From Candidatus Omnitrophota bacterium (GTDB taxonomy: Bacteria; Omnitrophota; Gorgyraeia; Zapsychrales; JANLHA01): a DNA stretch of 64,000 nt. The notes under the pieces are model-generated. The model did no database searches and had not been told where the DNA came from. It saw nothing but the letters and a program-made list of their open reading frames with translations. This document shows, piece by piece, positions 46,105-56,029 of this stretch. Numbering within the stretch: the stretch's first letter is position 1; each line of letters opens with the position of its first letter. Position numbers and translations under genes: made by a program. The stretch lies in assembly GCA_029560465.1 (NCBI GenBank), contig JAKQKX010000069.1, positions 77,021 through 141,020 of the forward strand. Direction: 5' to 3'.

Positions 46105-47499
46105 ATGAGTTTACTTGCAATCTCTGTCTTGATTTTCACTTTTTTTCTCTTTGCATTGATTTTATTTCTAGCCAGCTGTTATAAACGATGTCCATCCAAT
46201 AAAATTTTAGCGATTTATGGAAAAGTAGGGGAAGGGAAGTCCGTGACGTGTTTTCATGGCGGCGGTGCCTTTATTTGGCCCTTAATCCAGGATTCAAAAT
46301 TTTTGGACTTAACACCTATGACGATCAGCATTCCGCTTAAAGGAGCCCTATCGTTCCAGAATATCCGGATTAATGTTCCCAGCACCTTTACGATCGCCAT
46401 CGACACATCTTCGGAAGCCATGCATAACGCTGCCGTCCGTCTTCTGGAATTGAACCAGCAGGAAATTGAAAAGATGGCCACGGAAATTATTTTCGGGCAG
46501 TTGAGGCTTACGGTGGCCACGTTGACGATTGAAGATATCAATCAGGACCGGGAAAAATTTTTGCAGGCGATCCGGAACAACATTGAGCCGGAGTTGAGAA
46601 AGATCGGCTTAACTTTGATTAACGTGAACATCACGGACATTGCTGATGAGTCGGGTTATATTGAGAGTATCGGGAAAAAGGCCGCGTCGACCGCGATCAA
46701 TCAGGCCAAGATTGATGTGGCGGAACAGGAGAAAAAAGGGGATGTCGGCGCCGCCGCGGCTCAAAGGGAACGCCGTATTCAGGTCGCGAGTTACAACGCA
46801 GAAGCGGTTGAGGGGGAGAATGTTGCTCAAGCGAACATTGTTAATTATAACGCTGATTTGGCGGAAAAAGCCGCGGACGCGGATCGCCGCGGGCAGGTCG
46901 CCCGGCAGAACGCGATCGCGGAAATCCAGAAAGCGAAAGCGTTGGCGGAAACGAAGCGTTTGGAAGCGGAAGAGATTGTCGTGAAAGAAATTGAAAAACG
47001 GAAGATAGAAATATCGGCCGAAGCGGAAGCCGAGCGGGTTCGTCGGGAGGCCCGGGGGCAGGCGGACGCGATTGTCGCTGTAAAATCCGCCGAAGCGGAA
47101 GGGATTCAGAAAGTCCTTGACGCCAAGGCAGAAGGGTATAACCAGTTGGTCAATTCTTGCGGTGATAACGCGAAAGATGCGGCGACCATGCTTATCGTCG
47201 AGAAGCTGGAAGATATCGTGAAATTGCAGACTGAAGCGATTCAGAAGTTAAAGATCGATAAAATCACCGTTTGGGACAGCGGGAACGCGGAAAAAGGCAG
47301 TTCGACGGCGAATTTTGTGAGCAATATGATTAAATCGTTGCCGGCTTTGCATGATATTGCGGGTATGGCCGGGGTTCAATTGCCGGATTATTTGGGTAAG
47401 ACGACGGACGGGAAGGAAAAGGTCACGCCTCCTTTGGGGAACAGGCCGAAACCGAATATTATAGTGAAAGAGGAAAAGAAGGAGCAGGAAAAGAAATAG
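46105..47499 (+). CDS. Flotillin-like SPFH/band-7 protein
   Basis: N-terminal TM, SPFH domain, long Ala/Glu-rich coiled coil (EA-repeat region) typical of bacterial flotillins (YqiK/FloA-like). Confidence 0.8.
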   Translation: MSLLAISVLIFTFFLFALILFLASCYKRCPSNKILAIYGKVGEGKSVTCFHGGGAFIWPLIQDSKFLDLTPMTISIPLKGALSFQNIRINVPSTFTIAIDTSSEAMHNAAVRLLELNQQEIEKMATEIIFGQLRLTVATLTIEDINQDREKFLQAIRNNIEPELRKIGLTLINVNITDIADESGYIESIGKKAASTAINQAKIDVAEQEKKGDVGAAAAQRERRIQVASYNAEAVEGENVAQANIVNYNADLAEKAADADRRGQVARQNAIAEIQKAKALAETKRLEAEEIVVKEIEKRKIEISAEAEAERVRREARGQADAIVAVKSAEAEGIQKVLDAKAEGYNQLVNSCGDNAKDAATMLIVEKLEDIVKLQTEAIQKLKIDKITVWDSGNAEKGSSTANFVSNMIKSLPALHDIAGMAGVQLPDYLGKTTDGKEKVTPPLGNRPKPNIIVKEEKKEQEKK

Positions 47500-47510
47500 A
47501 ATTTGTCTTT

Positions 47511-47559
47511 AAAAAAGGGGGCAGCGTTTTTATTGAAAAAGCGCTACCCCCTTTTTTTT
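47511..47559. terminator. Bidirectional rho-independent terminator between convergent genes
   Basis: A-tract, GC-rich stem (GGGGGCAGCG...CGCTACCCCC with one mismatch), then T8. Confidence 0.65.
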
Positions 47560-47569
47560 GTTGCCACTT

Positions 47570-49498
47570 TTATTTCCACAGTCGCTCGCTGGCGACTTTA
47601 AGAATGTCCTCCACCATGCGGGCATAGGATATGTCGGCCAATTTTGCCATTTTGGCCAGATGCCCGTCCCAGCACCATCCGGGGTTGGGGTTCACTTCTA
47701 GGAGTTTCGGATTCCCCGCTTTATCCAGTCGCCAGTCAACCCGCGCGTAGTCCCGGCATTCCAGGCGTTCGAAAAGCTTTAAACAACAGGCTTCAATATA
47801 TTTTTCTGCCTCATCCGGGAGATTGGCCGGCACAGACCGGATTTTCCCATAGGGAGATTCGGGTAGCCATTTCGCTTCATACCCGCAAATCCTCGGAAGT
47901 TCTTTGGGGAGATGGGAATAATCTTCTTCAATGATGGGGAGGATTGTGTAGGATTCAGGAGGATTCCCGATGATTCCAACGCTTAAATCCGCGCCTTCCA
48001 GGAATTCCTCGACCAGAATAGGCTTGTCAAAACCGATCTGGTCACGGATCCGCTGAATCGCGTTCACCAAATCTTCGATGTTATAGGCCACGCTTTTTTG
48101 CGTGATCCCAAGGCTGGAATCGCCGAAATTTGGTTTGACTAGGACAGGGAACGGGAAAGACAGGTCAAACACATTGTCTTCCGCTTTAATAAAGAAAGCG
48201 AGCGGAACCATGATCCCCATTTCGTTGGCAATCCCCCTGACCAGAGATTTGTCATAACAGTGGGCCAGACACTGGGGACCCGCCCCGGTATAAGGGATGT
48301 TTAACATCTCCAGAAGGGCAGGGACGTGCAGTTCTTTGCTGGCCATATTGTTGAAGCCTTCGTCACACAGATTGAATATAAAATCAATTTTGGCCCGGTT
48401 TTTTACGAGGTCATTGATTAAACTATCATGGTTATTAAAATACGTGAATTTATACATAGGCAACCGGCTGAGGACAGATTTCATCTGGTCGATGGTGTAG
48501 AAATCATCGTCATCAAACACCGAGGAAGGTTTTAGCGTATCGGTTTTTTGCGGATCCCCTAAAAGCACCGCCACATGCTTCAGGGCGACGCCCTTTTTGG
48601 CGACTGGCGGGGTCCATGCTTTCTTGACGACAGCCGTAACGATGACCCGCTGTTCCATCATGCCGAGGTCCTGGTTCCTTTGCGAATGCGTTTTGATTTC
48701 CTGGGCAAAGCAGATATCTTTAAACCCCGCGTTTTCAAGCAAGTTTGATAATGTCTCTCTGGAATAAAGCCGTTCCGCGTAGAATTGGTCGGCGACCACT
48801 CCTTTTTCCACATGAGAGATGACTTCCCGGCTGATGAGACGCTGTTTGTCTATGGATAAAGACCTTTCCCGGCAGACGAAATGTTTTTTGTCGATCCACT
48901 CCCAGCTCCTGGGGCTGAAATGCTTCTGAAGGTAGTCTCCGTCAGAGACATCAATGAGGATTTTCCCCCAAGGTTTGATGACCCGGAAGATTTCTTTTAA
49001 GACCAGAAGGTCGTCATTAATGGTTTCAAAATAGCCGAAACTGTTTCCCAGAAGAGTCACGCAGTCAAATTTGCATGCCGGGTAAGGGAGTTTTCTGGCG
49101 TCGCCTTCCTTGAATTTGATGTTTAATCCTTCCCGTTTGGTCTGCAGACGTGCCCGTTGGATGAGATAATGAGATCGGTCAAGGCCGTAGACGTTTTTAA
49201 AACCTTGCCGAGCGAGTTCAAGGCAATGCCGCCCTTGCCCGCAGCACAAATCCAGGATCAGGTGGTCTTTCTGCAGCTGGATAGAGGAGAGAAAAAGCTG
49301 TATTTCATGTCGGGTGATGGAAGGGTCGTCCACGACATCAGCATCGGTTTTTAAATAATTGGCGTTGAAGATGCGGCACCACCAGTCCGATGATACATGG
49401 GCCTCCAGGTCATCAATAGGGCCGAACGTCCTTTTTTCCGGTTGTACCCGTGGTTTAATTTTTTGTTGATCGCAGGGGCTTTCTACTGTGTCTCTCAT
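47570..49498 (-). CDS. Fusion of a class I SAM-dependent methyltransferase (N-terminal) with a D-Ala-D-Ala-ligase-like ATP-grasp domain (C-terminal)
   Basis: Methyltransferase motif I LDLCCGQGRH and a post-I acidic residue. ATP-grasp blocks PVLVKPNFGDSS, ILVEEFLEGADLSVGIIGN and RVDWRLDKAGNPKLLEVNPNPG. Confidence 0.7.
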   Translation of the reverse strand: MRDTVESPCDQQKIKPRVQPEKRTFGPIDDLEAHVSSDWWCRIFNANYLKTDADVVDDPSITRHEIQLFLSSIQLQKDHLILDLCCGQGRHCLELARQGFKNVYGLDRSHYLIQRARLQTKREGLNIKFKEGDARKLPYPACKFDCVTLLGNSFGYFETINDDLLVLKEIFRVIKPWGKILIDVSDGDYLQKHFSPRSWEWIDKKHFVCRERSLSIDKQRLISREVISHVEKGVVADQFYAERLYSRETLSNLLENAGFKDICFAQEIKTHSQRNQDLGMMEQRVIVTAVVKKAWTPPVAKKGVALKHVAVLLGDPQKTDTLKPSSVFDDDDFYTIDQMKSVLSRLPMYKFTYFNNHDSLINDLVKNRAKIDFIFNLCDEGFNNMASKELHVPALLEMLNIPYTGAGPQCLAHCYDKSLVRGIANEMGIMVPLAFFIKAEDNVFDLSFPFPVLVKPNFGDSSLGITQKSVAYNIEDLVNAIQRIRDQIGFDKPILVEEFLEGADLSVGIIGNPPESYTILPIIEEDYSHLPKELPRICGYEAKWLPESPYGKIRSVPANLPDEAEKYIEACCLKLFERLECRDYARVDWRLDKAGNPKLLEVNPNPGWCWDGHLAKMAKLADISYARMVEDILKVASERLWK

Positions 49499-49826
49499 GG
49501 GTTCCTTTTTAGAAATGGGTTGGATAAATGGTTTAAAATAAGAAAATGGATAATAAAAAAAGCATTCAGGTTCCAGCCAACATCTTTTGGGGGAGATTGT
49601 TAACCAAACCTTAAATGCTTTATTATGCTTTCTTCCCGTTGCAGATCGACAGAGAGAACCTCATAACCTGCGGTTGGAAAAGGAGTCTATCCAACATGGA
49701 ACACGGGATTTCGGATCCTTGTATATTTTCCATCAATCTTAACAACGTTTAGCATTTTGTCAAGTAAAACAAAAGAGGGGAAGGAAATTAGTTGAGGGCG
49801 GGGATACCTGATTTCAGCGTTGTGGC

Positions 49827-50123
49827 TTGACAATGGCGGGGGTGGAATATTATAATCGCGAACAGTTCCATATAAAACATTTTTCAAGGAGGCATTTCTT
49901 GGCAAGAATTAATGAATTGATTGAGTGGGATGATTGTGGCTCCAGCTACAGTCTTTATGTCAGACATTTTTCCGATGATGAAGGCCAGGTAGGGGTTAAG
50001 ATGATTTTTGAAGATGTGACCCGTGAAAAAGTTACGGAAATAATGATCCCGGCCAGAAAATTCCCTTCGTTTTTAAGGGCGGTCAATGTCGGGCCCCGCA
50101 ATCCTTTCGGCAGTATTCTTTAG
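49827..50123 (+). CDS. Small hypothetical protein
   Basis: 98-aa ORF in an otherwise non-coding gap; no recognisable domain. Confidence 0.3.
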   Translation: MTMAGVEYYNREQFHIKHFSRRHFLARINELIEWDDCGSSYSLYVRHFSDDEGQVGVKMIFEDVTREKVTEIMIPARKFPSFLRAVNVGPRNPFGSIL

Positions 50124-50270
50124 GGCGTGGATTGGCTGATGTGTTTGGTTTTTTGTGCCTGATGGGGATTGTAAAAGGGCAAAAAATCTTGACAGGGTTC
50201 TTTCCGGATAGTAGCATATTCCCTTAAGGGAATATGGTCAAGAGGCTTTAATGGGCAGGGGAGGCTTGCT

Positions 50271-50645
50271 TTGGGCATCAAGAAGGTCCGGCAAATACTG
50301 AAATCGTTCGCAGACGATACGCGGCTGCGAATTATTAATTTATTAAACCAGCAGGAAGAACTGAGCGTGAGCGAACTGTGCCTGATTCTGGACGTTAACC
50401 AGTCCAGCCTTTCTAAGCACTTGGGCCGGCTAAGGTTAACAGGGATTGTGAATGACCGGCGAGAGGGGATGAGTGTTTATTATTCTCTTGTTAAACCTAA
50501 AGAAAAAGCCCACAGGGAGCTTTTGAACGCGATCACATCTGGCCTTGCCGAGTCACAAGCCTTTATCCGTGACTCCCTGAAATTAAAAGAAATTTATGGC
50601 CATAAGAAATCAAAGCCAAAGCGTGTTGGACGTGTTGGTGATTAA
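50271..50645 (+). CDS. ArsR/SmtB family transcriptional regulator
   Basis: RLRIINLL...LSVSELCLILDVNQSSLSKHLGRLRLTGIV wHTH; TTG start uncertain. Confidence 0.65.
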   Translation: MGIKKVRQILKSFADDTRLRIINLLNQQEELSVSELCLILDVNQSSLSKHLGRLRLTGIVNDRREGMSVYYSLVKPKEKAHRELLNAITSGLAESQAFIRDSLKLKEIYGHKKSKPKRVGRVGD

Positions 50646-50788
50646 ACATCGGAATATCGGGGTGCCCCAGCACGGGTTACTAAGGAAGGGGGTGGACAAG
50701 GATATATTAACCAATCGTTTTAGATAAGATTTCAAATGAAGAATATTTATTAAGGAGCTGTTGCGCTCCACAATGAGCGGAGGAAGAA

Positions 50789-51151
50789 ATGAAAAAAGTA
50801 TTCATGACCCTTGGAGCGGCCCTTCTTACAGGGGTCGTAATGATTAACACGAGCGCGGTCTACGCTCAGGAAGACGATGTGGAGGAATATTCCTGGGGAA
50901 CCGTCGCGGAGATCTCCGGTGACCAGATTGTTATTGTTGAATATAATTATGAAACGGAAGAAGAACAGAATGAAACATACCTGATCGCCCCGGATGTCGA
51001 GTTGTTGGGAATCAGCGCGTTAAGCGAGATCAAGGTCGGAGATGCCGTCGAATTCCGGTATGCGGTGCAGGGCGGTAAGAAGGTTGTCTTGGCGATCGGT
51101 TTGGATAAGTCCGTTATGGAAGAAAGCCCTGCCGACGTCTTTAGCGAATAA
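50789..51151 (+). CDS. Small secreted acidic hypothetical protein
   Basis: Signal peptide MKKVFMTLGAALLTGVVMINTSAVYA; GGAGG Shine-Dalgarno. Confidence 0.45.
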   Translation: MKKVFMTLGAALLTGVVMINTSAVYAQEDDVEEYSWGTVAEISGDQIVIVEYNYETEEEQNETYLIAPDVELLGISALSEIKVGDAVEFRYAVQGGKKVVLAIGLDKSVMEESPADVFSE

Positions 51152-51190
51152 TCTATATAAGGATTTTTTAAGATTAGTGTTGAGGAGATT

Positions 51191-51532
51191 ATGAACTTAG
51201 AACCTAATAAACTCTATATAGGAAATTTGGGTTACGACGTGACAGATGATGACCTGACCGTGTTCCTGGAGCATAACGGAATTAATGTCCAGGCGTGCCA
51301 GGTCGTTATTGATAAAAATTTGGACCGGTCCAAAGGGTTCGCATTCGTAGAAGTGGCGTCTGCGGACGACCTTCGGAATGCGATCGAGAACGTGAACGGC
51401 AAAGAATTAAATGGCCGGGCCGTAAAAATTAATCAGGCCAGAGAGCGAAGGGAAAAAGAGGATAGCTCGTCCAAGCCGCATAGAAAAGGAAAACGCGGTC
51501 GGTTCCGAGACGAGTATGATGAGAATTATTAA
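51191..51532 (+). CDS. RNA-binding protein with RRM domain
   Basis: RNP2 LYIGNL and RNP1 KGFAFVEV; basic C-terminal tail. Confidence 0.75.
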   Translation: MNLEPNKLYIGNLGYDVTDDDLTVFLEHNGINVQACQVVIDKNLDRSKGFAFVEVASADDLRNAIENVNGKELNGRAVKINQARERREKEDSSSKPHRKGKRGRFRDEYDENY

Positions 51533-51680
51533 GCCCGCGTGATGCCTTTTGTGTGGGATATCAGGAGAAAAAGAGAGATATGAGCCGAAAGACGTTCGTA
51601 TCTCTTTTTTTATCCTTTTCGTTTCTGTCCGAGCCTTTTGTAGACCAGGGGATTGCGCTTTGTGGAGGAGGTGAGATAGG

Positions 51681-52265
51681 ATGGGAAAAATCTTTATGGC
51701 TTTTATTCCTATTTGCGTTGCCGTGGACGCTTTGGGAGTTTTGCCGATTTATATTTCTTTAACCCAGGGGATGGATAAGAAAATTCAAAATAAGATTATC
51801 CGTCAGTCCATCCTGACTGCTTCTTTGTTAGCGTTTGGATTTATTTTTTTGGGTAAATTTATTTTCCGGATTTTGGGGATTACGATCGCTGATTTTATGA
51901 TCGCTGGAGGACTGATCCTGTTTTGTATCGCTTTATTAGATATTTTGAAACCCGGGAAACAAAGGCGTTATCCTCCCGATGATGTGGGGGCGGTTCCGAT
52001 CGGGACCCCGTTGATTACCGGGCCGGCTGTCCTGACGACATCGCTGGTTATGATGGATCAGTATGGATGGCTGGCCACTGTGTTCGCGGTTCTGGCCAAC
52101 GTCATTCTGGCGGGATGCGCTTTTTACAGCGCGGATTTTTTAGTCCAGCGATTGGGATTAACCGGCATCAGGGCCTTTTCCAAAGTCATGGCTTTATTGT
52201 TAGCCGCCATCGCGGTTGAGATGATCCGCAAGGGCGTCCTGCAAGTTTTTCCATGTAATGTATAA
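51681..52265 (+). CDS. MarC family (UPF0056) integral membrane protein
   Basis: N-terminal FIPICVAVDALGVLPIYISLT block and six TM helices. Confidence 0.65.
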   Translation: MGKIFMAFIPICVAVDALGVLPIYISLTQGMDKKIQNKIIRQSILTASLLAFGFIFLGKFIFRILGITIADFMIAGGLILFCIALLDILKPGKQRRYPPDDVGAVPIGTPLITGPAVLTTSLVMMDQYGWLATVFAVLANVILAGCAFYSADFLVQRLGLTGIRAFSKVMALLLAAIAVEMIRKGVLQVFPCNV

Positions 52266-52426
52266 CCTGTTTCCTGGTCCACCCCTTTGCTCCCTGAAGC
52301 CGTTGGACACGAAAAATGTCAAGGAGGGCTATCACGGAACGGGCCGGTTCAAATAGTGCTTCCCCGCGTTCCGTTTCAAGATTATAATTAGAAAAACTCA
52401 AAGCTAATCATACGGTATCTTTCCGC

Positions 52427-55400
52427 ATGCCCATGCCCGATTCCTTCTTCAATACGCTGAAAGTTTTATTCCAATCTTTTAGGGAACCCCCTATCAAACA
52501 TATCTGTTCTCTTGAAGCCGCTTACCAGAAAACGTTGGGCCCTTTTAATCCTGACACTTTAAGTGTCCTGCACACGCGCAGACGGGCGGAAAGGGCGTAC
52601 AAACGTTTGCGCTCTTATATTGTGTCTCTTCAACGCCATGCCCCGGCGGGGGCCACGCAAGGGCAGCGTATCCTCCGGGCGTATTTGGAGCGTATTGACG
52701 CGATCCATGGGGACGTGCGCCGCTGGGGCGCGTTGTCCTGTGACCTGCGGTGGCCCGAGGAGGGCCGTCTCCCTGGGGTTAAAACAAAGGACCGGATTGC
52801 TTTCCGGGAGCGCCTGGCTTCGGAGGCCAGGGAATTATGGGATGAGCTTCGGGCGCGGGTGCAAGGGGGCACATGGCCGCGACCCCGGGAACGGGACATT
52901 TATCTTCTTAAGCAACGGTTGGGACGGATGGAGGTGAATGACGGGGCTTGGCGGGGCGTGTTCCAGCAATTGTGCCTTTTGGTGGACCGGCATGTGCGTT
53001 TTGTTTTCATGGACGCACGATACGCCATGCGGCACCGTTTCCAAATCACCCTGGCGCAGGAATCCTTGTTGTCAGACCCCGGAGATTTCTTTGTGAAATC
53101 TGGGAAGGCGGGGGCAGGTGGGGCGGAGGGGAAGAAGCGGCTTATGCTTTTGGAAGATTGGGTGCACGGGTATTATCCCCCTTGGGCGCATATTCAGGCG
53201 GTGTACCAGCGCTGCGTGAGTCCGGTGATTAAATTTTTAGAGCGTTGCGAAGGGAAGCGGGTACGCGTTATTATGGCCGTTGGATTCCTTCTGGTCTTGG
53301 TGTTTGGCTCCGGGGTTTTTGTCCTCCGGCAGACCGACGCGGATAATCGTATGTGGCGGGTCATGGTTTTTGAAATCAAGAAATTAATCCGTTCCGATCC
53401 GGAATCCCTGGCGGATCAGGAAAAGAAGAAGTACTTTCGCGACCAGATCGCCCGGATTGATGAAATGTATTCTCCAGATCAAATCCGCGCCCATATCGAG
53501 GAGTTTTACGGCAGGGAACTCTATCGTACGCAGGAAGGGTTCCTTTTTTTCTGCAGGAATATTCTTAAAGGATTTTTTATGCTCTTGGCGGAATGGAAGG
53601 CCGATGACCAGCTGAAACAGGACGTCGTGGACGCGGCTTTTTATCTGGATGGACGTATCGCGGGGGCCGTTGCGCATATCATCGCTCTTTATGAACAGCC
53701 CATGATCCGTGAAGGGGAGCTCCGGGGGGAGATCCTGCGGATGCGCCGGGCCTTTGTCTCCTACAATGTTTTTCCGTTTACGTTTATTATCCTCGAAGAT
53801 GATGTCCCGTATCTTTTTCTGTTCTCCGAGACGGTGATAAAAAAGTACGTGCTGGCCAAAGAGGCGTTTGAAAGAATGCATCTGGATGGGAATTTGTATT
53901 CCGGCGCCGCTCTCTGGCCGGGGGTGGCTTATATTGTGGAAGGGGAAGAATACCCTTTTACGGACCGGTCCGGGTATTTTGAAGGAGAATTTGCCGTCAT
54001 ATTCCGGCGTTTTGCCCCAGAGGTGTTATGGACGGTTTATCATGAGGTCGGGCACGTGATCGATCATTTGCGTTTTCTCTTTGAAAGGAAACCCTACCCG
54101 GCTAACGTTGAATTGCATTCCATGTTGGCGCCTGTCATGTGGGCGGAAGACCGGAAGGCTTATGTGGCCCGGCGCTTGGCAGACGAAGCGGAAAAAGGGG
54201 ATGAGTTTGATAATTATTCCCAGGCGGCGAAAGGGCTTTTAAACGGGATGTTCATTTATCTGTCCGAACAAAATCCGCGCATTCGGGGCCCGTTGATTTC
54301 CAACCGGTTTGAGAAGGAACGCATCCGGCGGATAGTTGAGCTCGTCGGAGACATGGACCCGGAAGCATTGCATGAGGCGGCGTACGCATTTTATCGGCAG
54401 CCGCAGAAGTATTTGTCAACGGCGGAACCCGGCCGTTATGTGGCGTACCTTCAGAATTATCAGGAGGTCATCGCGGGAACGGATCATAAGGTCGCCCAGA
54501 GGGGTTTTATCCTGGGGGGAGGAGGTTGGGTCGGCCCGCGCAGTGGACCGCGGCTCATTTTTGACGGGGCCGACGACAATAGCCTTGGGAATGATTTTCA
54601 TTTATGGCTTTTCCTGAGAAACGCTGTTAGTCTTATTTTCTACCCGTCCCAAAACTTGCCTCAAGCCACGAGCGCGGAGTCGATCGTGGCATCGGTTATG
54701 GTTTTTGTTCTCTTTAACCTGACGGCTTTGATGATTCATGCCTTGGCCGCCCCTTACCGGAAGAAGATGTTTTCCGGATACGCGTTGGAGAGACGGGTTG
54801 ACCGTATCTATGACCATAATCCTTGGTCCCGCGGAATCAGTTACGGCGCGGAACTGCGGGAAAGGAAATTGTTGAAAAAAATTTTTTCGCCCAGAGGGCC
54901 ACTTGATCCGCAGATTAAAAAAGACATTCTTGCGTTTAAGTCAACCGCGCATGAACGGGAACGCGTGGTTTTTGATATTTGCCTTTTCCTGGCGCCGTTG
55001 AATCCGCGTCAGTCCGCCATCATAAATAAGGCGCATGACCTTTTGTTTTTTCTCCCTTTTTTAGGCCCGTATTTAGGCCGGTCACCCTGGCTCTGGCCGG
55101 TGCAGAGGCGGTTCCATCAGAGGGAACGTTATAATGAGCGGATCGAAATTTTGCTTTCAGGGATCGGCAAGGAACAATTGACTGTGGAGATGTTGCCTCT
55201 TGCCCTTCGCGGTTTGTTGCGTGAATTCGAGCTCCCCGTAAGTGCGGCTGCGGGACGGGGCTTTTTAAATGTTGCCGATATGTTTATTCGGCTTCGGTCC
55301 ATGGTGTTGGAGTCTCTTTTGAGGGAATCTCCGGTGACGCACATGAATTTTGATTTTATCCGGGATAAAATGCCAGAGAACCATGAGACCAGCGTTGAGT

Positions 55401-56008
55401 TTGACCGGATTGATGAGTATATGCCGGGTGACGATATCCGCCATATCGATTGGAAGGCCACGGCCCGGTACGCAACCGCGATGCCCATGGTGAGGCGGTT
55501 CAGTAATCCTTACGGGGTGCGTGTGGCCCTCTGGCTCGATATGCGTTTTTTGGAGGAAGAGGAGGGGCGCCGGCGCTGGGCCTTGGACTTTGCGCGGTCT
55601 ATCAGAATGTTCCATTTATTTCGGTCGGAAACCATATGCGAGCAGCTCATCCTGGTCGGGTCCGGCGGCCACTTGGAAGAGATCCCTGTCTTTCTTTCCG
55701 CCGAGAAGGAATGTTTGTCCTTGGCGGTGAAAATATTCGAAACGATAAAACAGAAGTATGAGGAGACATGTTCCCGGCAGATGGCCTTGGACTTGGAGGG
55801 TTTGGTTTTTTACACGGAAGAGGAGAACCGGTTTTTTTTGCGGCAAGCCGGGTTATCGGATTTTCTTCGGGGCGGCGCGGCGCAGGAGATCCGCCGGACG
55901 CCTCTTCGCGAAAAAAAAATGAATATTTTCGTGGTCGGTGCTAAGATGAGTGAAAAAAATATGATCGAAACTCTTGCCGGAGAAAAGAATAAGGTCTTTT
56001 ACTGGTAA
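52427..56008 (+). CDS. Giant (1193 aa) protein: Arg-rich N-domain, one TM, HExxH zincin-like region, C-terminal DUF58-like domain
   Basis: HEVGHVIDH at about aa 540; C-terminal YMPGDDIRHIDWKATARYATAMPMVRRF matches the DUF58 signature (xPGDxxRxIDWKxxAR); directly upstream of MoxR. Confidence 0.55.
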   Translation: MPMPDSFFNTLKVLFQSFREPPIKHICSLEAAYQKTLGPFNPDTLSVLHTRRRAERAYKRLRSYIVSLQRHAPAGATQGQRILRAYLERIDAIHGDVRRWGALSCDLRWPEEGRLPGVKTKDRIAFRERLASEARELWDELRARVQGGTWPRPRERDIYLLKQRLGRMEVNDGAWRGVFQQLCLLVDRHVRFVFMDARYAMRHRFQITLAQESLLSDPGDFFVKSGKAGAGGAEGKKRLMLLEDWVHGYYPPWAHIQAVYQRCVSPVIKFLERCEGKRVRVIMAVGFLLVLVFGSGVFVLRQTDADNRMWRVMVFEIKKLIRSDPESLADQEKKKYFRDQIARIDEMYSPDQIRAHIEEFYGRELYRTQEGFLFFCRNILKGFFMLLAEWKADDQLKQDVVDAAFYLDGRIAGAVAHIIALYEQPMIREGELRGEILRMRRAFVSYNVFPFTFIILEDDVPYLFLFSETVIKKYVLAKEAFERMHLDGNLYSGAALWPGVAYIVEGEEYPFTDRSGYFEGEFAVIFRRFAPEVLWTVYHEVGHVIDHLRFLFERKPYPANVELHSMLAPVMWAEDRKAYVARRLADEAEKGDEFDNYSQAAKGLLNGMFIYLSEQNPRIRGPLISNRFEKERIRRIVELVGDMDPEALHEAAYAFYRQPQKYLSTAEPGRYVAYLQNYQEVIAGTDHKVAQRGFILGGGGWVGPRSGPRLIFDGADDNSLGNDFHLWLFLRNAVSLIFYPSQNLPQATSAESIVASVMVFVLFNLTALMIHALAAPYRKKMFSGYALERRVDRIYDHNPWSRGISYGAELRERKLLKKIFSPRGPLDPQIKKDILAFKSTAHERERVVFDICLFLAPLNPRQSAIINKAHDLLFFLPFLGPYLGRSPWLWPVQRRFHQRERYNERIEILLSGIGKEQLTVEMLPLALRGLLREFELPVSAAAGRGFLNVADMFIRLRSMVLESLLRESPVTHMNFDFIRDKMPENHETSVEFDRIDEYMPGDDIRHIDWKATARYATAMPMVRRFSNPYGVRVALWLDMRFLEEEEGRRRWALDFARSIRMFHLFRSETICEQLILVGSGGHLEEIPVFLSAEKECLSLAVKIFETIKQKYEETCSRQMALDLEGLVFYTEEENRFFLRQAGLSDFLRGGAAQEIRRTPLREKKMNIFVVGAKMSEKNMIETLAGEKNKVFYW

Positions 56009-56029
56009 TATTTAGGGAGAAGAGAGGAT

